Made by a program: the position numbers and the translations under genes. The notes under the pieces were generated by a model. That model saw only the letters and a program-made list of their open reading frames with translations, made no database searches and was not told where the DNA came from. DNA of 64,000 bases from Eledone cirrhosa (taxonomy: Eukaryota), in assembly GCA_964016885.1 (NCBI GenBank), contig OZ024741.1, forward strand, positions 260,524,001 to 260,588,000, given 5' to 3'. Shown piece after piece: positions 40,222 to 52,055 of the stretch; within the stretch, counting starts at the first letter, position 1, and each line of letters opens with the position of its first letter.

Positions 40222-42583
40222 TTACGAGTGTTTCGACGTACGAGTGTTTCGACTTACGAGTGTTTTAACTTACGGTTGTTTCGACTTACGCGTTTTTAGA
40301 CTACGAATGTTCCGACTTACGAGTGTTTCGACTTACGAGTGTTTCGACTTACGAGTGCTTTGACTTACGAATGTTTTGACTTACTTCGACTTACGAGTGA
40401 TCTGACTTACGAGTGTTCCTACTTACGAGTGTTTCGACTTACGAGTGTTTCGACTTGCGAGTGTTTCGACTTACGAGTGTTTCGGCTTACGAGTGTTTCG
40501 GTGTTTCGGCTTACCTGTGTTTCGACTTACGAGTGTTTCGACTTACGAGTGTTTCGGTGTACGAGTGTTTCGACTTAAGGATGTTTCGACTTACAAGTGT
40601 TTCGACTTACGTGTGTTTCGGCTTACGTGAGTTTCGACTTAAGAGTGTTCTGATTTACGAGTGTTCCGACTTACGAGTGTTTCGGCTTATGAGTGTTTCG
40701 ACTTACGAGTGTTTCGGCTTACGAGTGTTTCGACTTATGGGTGTTTCGACTTACGAGTGTTTTTACTTATGGTGTTTCGGCTTACGAGTGTTTCGACATA
40801 CGAGTGTTCAGACTTACGAGTGTTCCGACTTACGAGCGTTCCGACTTACGAGTGTTTCGACTTACGAGTGTTAAGACTTACGGGTGTTTTGACATACGAG
40901 TGTTTCGATACGACTGTTTCGACTTACGAGTGTTACGAGTGTTCTGACTTATGAGTGTTCTGACTTACGAGTGTTCTGACTTACGAGTGTTCTGACTTAC
41001 GAGTGTTCTGACTTACGAGTGTTCTGACTTACGAGTGTTTCGGCTTACGAGTGTTCCGACTTACGAGTGTTTCGGCTTACGAGTGTTTCGACTTACGAGT
41101 GTTCTGACTTACGAGTGTTCCGACTTACGAGCGTTCCGACTTACGAGTGTTTCGGCTTACAAGTGTTCCGACTTACGAGTGTTTCGACTTACGAGTGTTT
41201 TGACTTACGGTGTTTCTGCTTACGAGTGTTTCGACTTACGAGTGTTAAGACTTACGGGTGTTTTGACATACGAGTGTTTCGATACGAGTGTTTCGACTTA
41301 CGAGTGTTACGAGTGTTCTGCCTTACGAGTGTTTCGACTTACGAGTGTTCTGACCTACAAGTGTTCTGACTTACGAGTGTTTCGACTTACGATTGTTTTT
41401 TTCCCTTACGGGTGTTTCGACTTACGCGTGTTTCGATTTACGAGTGTTTAGACTTACGAGTGTTTCGACTACGAATGTTCCGACTTACGAGTGTTTCGAC
41501 TTACGAGTGTTTCGACTTACGGGTGTTCCGACTTACGGGTGTTTCGGCTTACGATTGTTTCGACTTACGAGTGTTTCGGTTTACGAGTGTTTCGACTTAC
41601 GGGTGTTTTGGCTTACGATTGTTTGGGCTTACGAATGTTTCGACTTACGAGTGTTTTGACTTATGGTGTTTCGGCTTACGAGTGTTTTGACTTACGAGTG
41701 TTTTGACTTACGGGTGTTTTGACATACGAGTGTTTCGATACGAGTGTTCTGACTTACGAGTGGTCTGACTTATGGGTGTTCTGACTTACGAGTGTTCCGA
41801 CTTACGAGTGTTTCAGCTTATGAGTGTTTCGACTTACGAGTGCTTCGGATTACGAGTGTTTCGACTTACGAGTGTTTCGGCTTACGAGTGTTTCGACTTA
41901 CGAATGTTTTGGCTTACGAGTGTTTCGGCTTACGAGTGTTTCGGCTTATGAGTGTTTCGACTTACGAGTGTTTTGACTTATGGTGTTTCGGCTTACAAGT
42001 GTTTCGACATACGAGTGTTTTGACTTACGGGTGTTTCGACTTACGAGTGTTTCGACGTAAGAGTGTTTCGACTTACGAGCGCTTCGACTTACGAGTGTTT
42101 CGACTTACGAGTGTTTCGGCGTACGAGTGTTTTGACTTATGAGTGTTTCGACTTACGAGTGCTTTGACTTACGAATGTTTTGAATTACTTCGACTTACGA
42201 GTGATCTGACTTACGAGTGTTCCTACTTACGAGTGTTTCGACTTACGAGTGTTTCGACTTGCGAGTGTTTCGACTTACGAGTGTTTCGACTTACGAGTGT
42301 TCTGACTTACGAGTGTTCTGACTTACGAGTGTTCTGACTTACGAGTGTTCCGACTTACGAGTGTTTCGACTTACGAGTGTTTTGACTTACGAATGTTCTG
42401 ACTTACGGGTGTTTCGTCTTACGAGTGTTTCGATTTACGAGTGTTTTAACTTACGGGTGTTTCGACTTACGCGTGTTTCGACTTACGAGTGTTTCGACTT
42501 ACGAGTGTTTCGACTTACGAATGTTCCGACTTACGAGTGTTTCTACTTACGAGTGTTTCGGCTTACGAGTGTTTCGACTTACG

Positions 42584-42661
42584 AAAATAACAAATAGACG
42601 CGGTTTCAAATATCTATGCTTTTTAAATTCATTACATTAATCTTTATTTATACGTTTCGCT
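42584..42661. repeat. ~78-bp AT-rich spacer, copy 6 (allele B')
   Basis: Same as 40144. Confidence 0.95.
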
Positions 42662-45007
42662 TTACGAGTGTTTCGACGTACGAGTGTTTCGACTTACGAG
42701 TGTTTTAACTTACGGTTGTTTCGACTTACGCGTTTTTAGACTACGAATGTTCCGACTTACGAGTGTTTCGACTTACGAGTGTTTCGACTTACGAGTGCTT
42801 TGACTTACGAATGTTTTGACTTACTTCGACTTACGAGTGATCTGACTTACGAGTGTTCCTACTTACGAGTGTTTCGACTTACGAGTGTTTCGACTTACGA
42901 GTGTTTCGGCTTACGAGTGTTTCGGTGTTTCGGCTTACCTGTGTTTCGACTTACGAGTGTTTCGACTTACGAGTGTTTCGGTGTACGAGTGTTTCGACTT
43001 AAGGATGTTTCGACTTACGAGTGTTTCGACTTACGTGTGTTTCGGCTTACGTGAGTTTCGACTTAAGAGTGTTCTGATTTACGAGTGTTCCGACTTACGA
43101 GTGTTTCGGCTTATGAGTGTTTCGACTTACGAGTGTTTCGGCTTACGAGTGTTTCGACTTATGGGTGTTTCGACTTACGAGTGTTTTTACTTATGGTGTT
43201 TCGGCTTACGAGTGTTTCGACATACGAGTGTTCAGACTTACGAGTGTTCCGACTTACGAGCGTTCCGACTTACGAGTGTTTCGACTTACGAGTGTTAAGA
43301 CTTACGGGTGTTTTGACATACGAGTGTTTCGATACGACTGTTTCGACTTACGAGTGTTACGAGTGTTCTGACTTATGAGTGTTCTGACTTACGAGTGTTC
43401 TGACTTACGAGTGTTCTGACTTACGAGTGTTCTGACTTACGAGTGTTCTGACTTACGAGTGTTTCGGCTTACGAGTGTTCCGACTTACGAGTGTTTCGGC
43501 TTACGAGTGTTTCGACTTACGAGTGTTCTGACTTACGAGTGTTCCGACTTACGAGCGTTCCGACTTACGAGTGTTTCGGCTTACAAGTGTTCCGACTTAC
43601 GAGTGTTTCGACTTACGAGTGTTTTGACTTACGGTGTTTCTGCTTACGAGTGTTTCGACTTACGAGTGTTAAGACTTACGGGTGTTTTGACATACGAGTG
43701 TTTCGATACGAGTGTTTCGACTTACGAGTGTTACGAGTGTTCTGCCTTACGAGTGTTTCGACTTACGAGTGTTCTGACCTACAAGTGTTCTGACTTACGA
43801 GTGTTTCGACTTACGATTGTTTTTTTCCCTTACGGGTGTTTCGACTTACGCGTGTTTCGATTTACGAGTGTTTAGACTTACGAGTGTTTCGACTACGAAT
43901 GTTCCGACTTACGAGTGTTTCGACTTACGAGTGTTTCGACTTACGGGTGTTCCGACTTACGGGTGTTTCGGCTTACGATTGTTTCGACTTACGAGTGTTT
44001 CGGTTTACGAGTGTTTCGACTTACGGGTGTTTTGGCTTACGATTGTTTGGGCTTACGAATGTTTCGACTTACGAGTGTTTTGACTTATGGTGTTTCGGCT
44101 TACGAGTGTTTTGACTTACGAGTGTTTTGACTTACGGGTGTTTTGACATACGAGTGTTTCGATACGAGTGTTCTGACTTACGAGTGGTCTGACTTATGGG
44201 TGTTCTGACTTACGAGTGTTCCGACTTACGAGTGTTTCAGCTTATGAGTGTTTCGACTTACGAGTGCTTCGGATTACGAGTGTTTCGACTTACGAGTGTT
44301 TCGGCTTACGAGTGTTTCGACTTACGAATGTTTTGGCTTACGAGTGTTTCGGCTTACGAGTGTTTCGGCTTATGAGTGTTTCGACTTACGAGTGTTTTGA
44401 CTTATGGTGTTTCGGCTTACAAGTGTTTCGACATACGAGTGTTTTGACTTACGGGTGTTTCGACTTACGAGTGTTTCGACGTAAGAGTGTTTCGACTTAC
44501 GAGCGCTTCGACTTACGAGTGTTTCGACTTACGAGTGTTTCGGCGTACGAGTGTTTTGACTTATGAGTGTTTCGACTTACGAGTGCTTTGACTTACGAAT
44601 GTTTTGAATTACTTCGACTTACGAGTGATCTGACTTACGAGTGTTCCTACTTACGAGTGTTTCGACTTACGAGTGTTTCGACTTGCGAGTGTTTCGACTT
44701 ACGAGTGTTTCGACTTACGAGTGTTCTGACTTACGAGTGTTCTGACTTACGAGTGTTCTGACTTACGAGTGTTCCGACTTACGAGTGTTTCGACTTACGA
44801 GTGTTTTGACTTACGAATGTTCTGACTTACGGGTGTTTCGTCTTACGAGTGTTTCGATTTACGAGTGTTTTAACTTACGGGTGTTTCGACTTACGCGTGT
44901 TTCGACTTACGAGTGTTTCGACTTACGAGTGTTTCGACTTACGAATGTTCCGACTTACGAGTGTTTCTACTTACGAGTGTTTCGGCTTACGAGTGTTTCG
45001 ACTTACG

Positions 45008-45085
45008 AAAATAACAAATAGACGCGGTTTCAAATATCTATGCTTTTTAAATTCATTACATTAATCTTTATTTATACGTTTCGCT
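45008..45085. repeat. ~78-bp AT-rich spacer, copy 7 (allele B')
   Basis: Same as 40144. Confidence 0.95.
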
Positions 45086-45981
45086 TTACGAGTGTTTCGA
45101 CGTACGAGTGTTTCGACTTACGAGTGTTTTAACTTACGGTTGTTTCGACTTACGCGTTTTTAGACTACGAATGTTCCGACTTACGAGTGTTTCGACTTAC
45201 GAGTGTTTCGACTTACGAGTGCTTTGACTTACGAATGTTTTGACTTACTTCGACTTACGAGTGATCTGACTTACGAGTGTTCCTACTTACGAGTGTTTCG
45301 ACTTACGAGTGTTTCGACTTGCGAGTGTTTCGACTTACGAGTGTTTCGGCTTACGAGTGTTTCGGTGTTTCGGCTTACCTGTGTTTCGACTTACGAGTGT
45401 TTCGACTTACGAGTGTTTCGGCTTATGAGTGTTTCGACTTACGAGTGCTTCGGCTTACGAGTGTTTCGACTTACGAGTATTTCGGCTTACGAGTGTTTCG
45501 ACGTACGAATGTTTTGGCTTACGAGTGTTTCGGCTTATAAGTTTTTCGACTTACGAGTGTTTCGACTTACGAGTGTTTCGGCTTACGAGTGTTTCGACTT
45601 ACGAGTGTTTCGGCTTACGAGTGTTTCATTGTTTCGGCTTACGTGTGTTTCGACTTACGAGTGTTTCGACTTACGACTGTTTCGGCTTACGAGTGTTTCG
45701 GCTTACGAGTGTTTCGGCTTATATATAAACGTTTCTATTTCCATCGTTTTATCGTAAACGTTTATATATTTCCATCGTTATATCATAACGTTTATATTTC
45801 CGTCACTAATCTCTTTTTCTCCTTTTCCGTTTTAATATATATTTATTTCAAATATTTCACCGTATAGATAACATATATATTTATACATGCATAAAAGACA
45901 CACCGAGAGACGGTGAAAATGTGGTGCCAAAAACATTTCTCATCCAAATCTCAACAATATCAGTATATACACTAGATTTGC

Positions 45982-46016
45982 TAGCAGAAAACCGCCCACC
46001 GGGTGGTTTTCTGCTA
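45982..46016. other. Hairpin, candidate Helitron 3' terminal palindrome (copy 2)
   Basis: TAGCAGAAAACCGCCCACCGGGTGGTTTTCTGCTA. Confidence 0.8.
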
Positions 46017-46017
46017 T

Positions 46018-46536
46018 TCTATATATATAAAACTGAGGATGTCTGTCTGTGTGTGAGTTTGAATCCCTAAAACTCGAGAACCACCCAACCGACTGTTTTC
46101 AAACTTTACACATGTAATAATTATGTTTCAGGGAGTGTTCTGAGCAAAGAATATTTCAAATTTTCAATGCCGTAGGGACCACATTAGGCGATTTAGCGAT
46201 CTCTCTCTATAATTCTTAGTCTTTCTCTTTTTAGATAGAATTTTCAATGTCGTAGGGACCACATTAGGCGATTTAGCGATCTCTCTCTATAATTCTTAGT
46301 CTTTCTCTTTTTAGATAGATACATACATATGACGTCGTGGCCTTATAATATCTGTCTGTATGTCTGGCTGTCTGCATTACGTCACTTCCCTGAGGATGTC
46401 TGTGTGTGTGTGTGTCTGTGAGTTTGAATCCTTAAAATGCGAGAAGTACCCAACCGATTTTTTTCAAACTTTACATGTGTATTACTTATGTTTCAGGGAG
46501 TGTTTGTTATGCACATAAAATTCAACCTTTTGATCT
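46018..46536 (+). mobile_element. Probable 5' portion of a non-autonomous Helitron-like element (copy 2)
   Basis: As 19487-20005. Confidence 0.55.
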
Positions 46537-49500
46537 GGTGTTTTGACTTACGAGTGTTTCGATACGAGTGTTTCGACTTACGAGTGTTCTGACTTACGAG
46601 TGTTTTGACTTACGAGTGTTCTGATTTACGGAAGTTTCGACATACGAGTGTTTCGATTACGAGTGTTTCGACTTATGAGTGTTTCGACTTACGAGTGTTT
46701 CGGCTTATGAGTGTTTCGACTTACGAGTGCTTCGGCTTACGAGTGTTTCGACTTACGAGTATTTCGGCTTACGAGTGTTTCGACGTACGAATGTTTTGGC
46801 TTACGAGTGTTTCGGCTTATGAGTGTTTCGGCTTACGAGTGTTTCGACTTACGAGTGTTTCGGCTTACGAGTGTTTCAGTGTTTCGGCTTACGTGTGTTT
46901 CGACTTACGAGTGTTTCGACTTACGACTGTTTCGGCTTACGAGTGTATCGGCTTACGAGTGTTTCGGCTTACGAGTGTTTTGACTTACGAGTGTTTTGAC
47001 TTACGATTGTTTGGCTTACGAGTGTTCTGACTTACGGGTGTTCTGACTTACGAGTGTTCCGACTTACGAGTGTTTCGGCTTATGAGGGTTTCGACTTACG
47101 AGTGCTTCGGCTTACGAGTGTTTCGACTTACGAGTGTTTCGACTTACGAGTGTTTTGACTTACGGAATTTCGGCTTACGAGTGTTTCGACTTACGAGTGT
47201 TTTGACGTACGGGTGTTTCGACTTACGGGTCTTTCGACTTGCGAGTGTTTCGGCTTGCGAGTGTTTCGGCTTATGAGGGTTTCGACTTACGAGTGCTTCG
47301 GCTTACGAGTGTTCTGACTTACGGGTGTTCTGACTTACGAGTGTTCCGACTTACGAGTGTTTCGGCTTATGAGGGTTTCGACTTACGAGTGCTTCGGCTT
47401 ACGAGTGTTTCGACTTACGAGTGTTATGACTTACGGGTGTTTTGACATACGAGTGTTTCGACTTACGAGTGTTTTGACTTACGGGTGTTTTGACATACGA
47501 GTGTTTCGATACGAGTGTTCTGACTTACGAGTGTTCTGACTTACGAGTGTTCTGACTTACGAGTGTTTCGACATACGAGTGTTTTGACTTACGGGTGTTT
47601 CGACTTACGAGTGTTTTGACTTACGAATGTTTTGACTTACGGGTGTTTCGGCTTACGAGTGTTTCGACTTACGAGTGTTTCGGCTTACGAGTGTTTCGAC
47701 TTACTAATGTTTTTACTTACGAGTGTTTCGGCGTACGAGAGTTTTGACTTACGAGTGTTTCGACTTACGAGTGTTTCGACTTACGAGTATTTTGACTTAC
47801 GAATGTTTTGACTTACGGGTGTTTCGGCTTACGAGTGTTTCGACTTACGAGTGTTTCGGCTTACGAGTGATTCGACTTACTAATGTTTTTACTTACGAGT
47901 GTTTCGGCGTACGAGATTTTTGACTTACGAGTGTTTCGACTTACGAGTGTTTCGACTTACGAGTATTTTGACTTACGAATGTTTTGACTTACGGGTGTTT
48001 CGGCTTACGATTGTTTCGACTTACGAGTCTTTCGGCATACGAGTGTTTTGACTTACGAGTGTTTTGACTTAAGGGTGTTTCGACTTACGAGTATTTTTGG
48101 CTTACGAGTGTTTCGACTTACGAGTGTTTTGACTTACGAGTGTTCTGATTTACGGATGTTTCGACATACGAGTGTTTCGACTTACGAGTGTTTCGACTTA
48201 TGAGTGTTTCGACTTACGATTGTTTCGACTTACGAGTGTTTCGGCTTATGATTGTTTCGACTTACGAGTGTTTTGACTTACGGTGTTTCAGCTTACGAGT
48301 GTTTCGACTTACGAGTGTTTTGACTTACGGGTGTTTTGACATACGAGTGTTTCGATACGAGTGTTCTGATTTACGAGTGTTCTGACTTACGAATGTTTTG
48401 ACTTACGAGTGTTCTGACTTACGAGTGTTCCGACTTACGAGTGTTCCGACTTACGAGTGTTTCGGCTTACGAGTGTTTCCGGCTTACGAGTGTTTCGACT
48501 TACGAGTGTTTTGACTTACGGTGTTTCGGCTTACGAGTGATTCGACTTACGAGTGTTTTGACTTACGGGTGTTTTGACTTACGGGTGTTGTGAATTACGA
48601 GTGTTCCGATTTACGAGTGTTTTGACTTACGGTGTTTCGGCTTACGATTGATTCGACTTACGAATGTTTTGACTTACGGGTGTTTCGGCTTGCGAGTGTT
48701 TCGACTTACGAGTGTTTCGGCTTATGAGTGTTTCGACTTACTAATGTTTTTACTTACGAGTGTTCTGACTTACGAGTGTTCCGAATTACGAGTGTTCCGA
48801 CTTACGAGTGTTTCGGCTTACGAGTGTTTCCGGCTTACGAGTGTTTCGACTTACGAGTGTTTCGACTTACGAGTGTTTTGACTTACGGTGTTTCGACTTA
48901 CGAGTGATTCGACTTACGAGTGTTTTGACTTACGGGTGTTTTGACTTACGGGTGTTGTGAATTACCAGTGTTCCGATTTACGAGTGTTTTGACTTACGGT
49001 GTTTCGGCTTACGAGTGATTCGACTTACGAATGTTTTGACTTACGGGTGTTTCGGCTTGCTAGTGTTTCGACTTACGAGTGTTTCGGCTTATGAGTGTTT
49101 TGACTTACTACTGTTTTTACTTACGAGTGTTTCGGCGTACGAGTGTTTTGACTTACGAGTGTTTCGACTTACGAGTGTTTCGACTTACGAGTGTTTCGGC
49201 TTACGTGAGTTTCGACTTAAGAGTGTTCTGATTTACGAGTGTTCTGACTTGCGGGTGTTCTGATTTACGAGTGCTCAGACTTACGAGTGTTTCGTCTTAT
49301 GAGTGTTTCGACTTACGAGTGTTTCGGCTTACGAGTGTTTAGACTTACGAGTGTTTCGACTTACGAGTGTTTTGAATTACGGGTGTTTTGACATACGAGT
49401 GTTCTGATTTACGGATGTTTCGACATACGAGTGTTTCGACTTACGAGTATTTCGGCTTATGAGTGTTTCGACTTACGACTGTTTCGACTTACGAGTGTTT

Positions 49501-51500
49501 CGGCTTACGAGTGTTTCGACTTACGAGTGTTTTGACTTACGGGTGTTTTGACATACGAGTGTTTCGATACGAGTGTTCTGACTTACGAGTGTTCTGACTT
49601 ACGAGTGTTTTGACTCACGAGTGTTCCGACTTACGAGTGTTCCGACTTACGAGTGTTTCGGCTTACGAGTGTTTCCGGCTTACGATTGTTTCGACTTACG
49701 AGTGTTTTGACTTACGGTGTTTCGGCTTACGAGTGATTCGACTTACGAGTGTTTCGACTTACGAATGTTTCGGCTTACGAGTGTTTCGGCTTACGAGTGT
49801 TCCGATTTAGGAGTGTTTCGGCTTACGAGTGTTTCCGGCTTACGAGTGTTTCGACTTACGAGTGTTTCGACTTTCGAGTGTTTTGACTTACGGTGTTTCG
49901 GCTTACGAGTGATTCGACTTACGAGTGTTTTGACTTACGGGTGTTTTGACTTACGGGTGTTGTGAATTACCAGTGTTCCGATTTACGAGTGTTTTGACTT
50001 ACGGTGTTTCGGCTTGCGAGTGTTTCGACTTACGAGTGTTTCGGCTTATGAGTGTTTCGACTTACTAATGTTTTTACTTACGAGTGTTTCGGCGTTCGAG
50101 TGTTTTGACTTACGAGTGTTTCGACTTACGAGTGTTTTGACTTACGAATGTTTTGACTTACGGGTGTTTCGGCTTACGGGTGTTTCGACTTACGAGTGTT
50201 TCGACTTACGAGTGTTCTGACTTACGAGTGTTCTGACTTACGAGTGTTCTGACTTAAGAGTGTTCCGACTTACGAGTGTTTCGGTTTACGAGTGTTTCGA
50301 CATACGAGTGTTTTGACTTACGGGTGTTTCGACTTACGGGTGTTTCGACTTACGAGTGTTTCGGCTTACGAGAGTTTCGACTTACTAATGTTTTTACTTA
50401 CGAGTGTTTCGGTGTACGAATGTTTTGACTTAAGGATGTTTCGACTTACGAGTGTTTCGACTTACGAGTGTTTCGGCTTACGTGAGTTTCGACTTAAGAG
50501 TGTTCTGATTTACGAGTGTTCTGACTTGCGGGTGTTCTGATTTACGAGTGTTCCGACTTACGAGTGTTTCGGCTTATGAGTGTTTCGACTTACGAGTGTT
50601 TCGGCTTACGAGTGTTTCGACTTATGGGTGTTTCGACTTACGAGTGTTTTTACTTACGGTGTTTCGGCTTACGAGTGTTTCGACATACGAGTGTTTTGAC
50701 TTACGGGTGTTTCGGCTTACGAGTGTTTCGACTTACTAATGTTTTTACTTACGAGTGTTTCGGCGTACGAGAGTTTTGACTTACGAGTGTTTCGACTTAC
50801 GAGTGTTTTGACTTACGAATGTTTTGACTTACGGGTGTTTCGGCTTATGAGTGTTTCGACTTACGAGTCTTTCGGTTTACGAGTGTTTCGACTTACTAAT
50901 GTTTTTACTTACGAGTGTTTCGGCGTACGAGTGTTTCGACTTACGAGTGTTTCGACTTACGGGTGTTTTGACTTACGGGTGTTTCGGCTTACGAGTGTTT
51001 CGAATTACGAGTGTTTTGACTTAAGGGTGTTTCGACTTACGAGTATTTTTGGCTTACGAGTGTTTCGACTTACGAGTGTTTCGACTTACGAGTGTTTCGG
51101 CTTACGATTGTTTCGACTTACGAGTGTTTCGGCTTACGAGTGTTTCAGTGTTTCGGCTTACGTGTGTTTCGACTTACGAGTGTTTCGACTTACGACTGTT
51201 TCGGCTTACGAGTGTTTCGGCTTACGAGTGTTTCGGCTTATATATAAACGTTTCTATTTCCATCGTTTTATCGTAAACGTTTATATATTTCCATCGTTAT
51301 ATCATAACGTTTATATTTCCGTCACTAATCTCTTTTTCTCCTTTTCCGTTTTAATATATATTTATTTCAAATATTTCACCGTATAGATAACATATATATT
51401 TATACATGCATAAAAGACACACCGAGAGACGGTGAAAATGTGGTGCCAAAAACATTTCTCATCCAAATCTCAACAATATCAGTATATACACTAGATTTGC

Positions 51501-51535
51501 TAGCAGAAAACCGCCCACCGGGTGGTTTTCTGCTA
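51501..51535. other. Hairpin, candidate Helitron 3' terminal palindrome (copy 3)
   Basis: TAGCAGAAAACCGCCCACCGGGTGGTTTTCTGCTA. Confidence 0.8.
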
Positions 51536-51536
51536 T

Positions 51537-52055
51537 TCTATATATATAAAACTGAGGATGTCTGTCTGTGTGTGAGTTTGAATCCCTAAAACTCGAGAAC
51601 CACCCAACCGACTGTTTTCAAACTTTACACATGTAATAATTATGTTTCAGGGAGTGTTCTGAGCAAAGAATATTTCAAATTTTCAATGCCGTAGGGACCA
51701 CATTAGGCGATTTAGCGATCTCTCTCTATAATTCTTAGTCTTTCTCTTTTTAGATAGAATTTTCAATGTCGTAGGGACCACATTAGGCGATTTAGCGATC
51801 TCTCTCTATAATTCTTAGTCTTTCTCTTTTTAGATAGATACATACATATGACGTCGTGCCCTTATAATATCTGTCTGTATGTCTGGCTGTCTGCATTACG
51901 TCACTTCCCTGAGGATGTCTGTGTGTGTGTGTGTCTGTGAGTTTGAATCCTTAAAATGCGAGAAGTACCCAACCGATTTTTTTCAAACTTTACATGTGTA
52001 TTACTTATGTTTCAGGGAGTGTTTGTTATGCACATAAAATTCAACCTTTTGATCT
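51537..52055 (+). mobile_element. Probable 5' portion of a non-autonomous Helitron-like element (copy 3)
   Basis: As 19487-20005. Confidence 0.55.

Larger units (their letters stand above)
38161..45417. repeat. Tandem triplication of a ~2.4-kb unit (38161-40553, 40554-42977, 42978-45417)
   Basis: The landmark TCGGTGTACGAGTGTTTCGACTTAAGGATG occurs at 38161, 40554 and 42978. Unit lengths are 2393, 2424 and 2440, and each unit has one spacer. Confidence 0.93.
45722..46536. repeat. 815-bp non-satellite island, copy 2
   Basis: Offset 26531 from copy 1. The only difference spotted is GTGGCC versus GTGCCC at 46340. The 2 x 80-bp repeat is at 46159-46318. Confidence 0.97.
51241..52055. repeat. 815-bp non-satellite island, copy 3
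   Basis: Offset 5519 from copy 2 and 32050 from copy 1; carries GTGCCC like copy 1. The 2 x 80-bp repeat is at 51678-51837. Confidence 0.97.
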
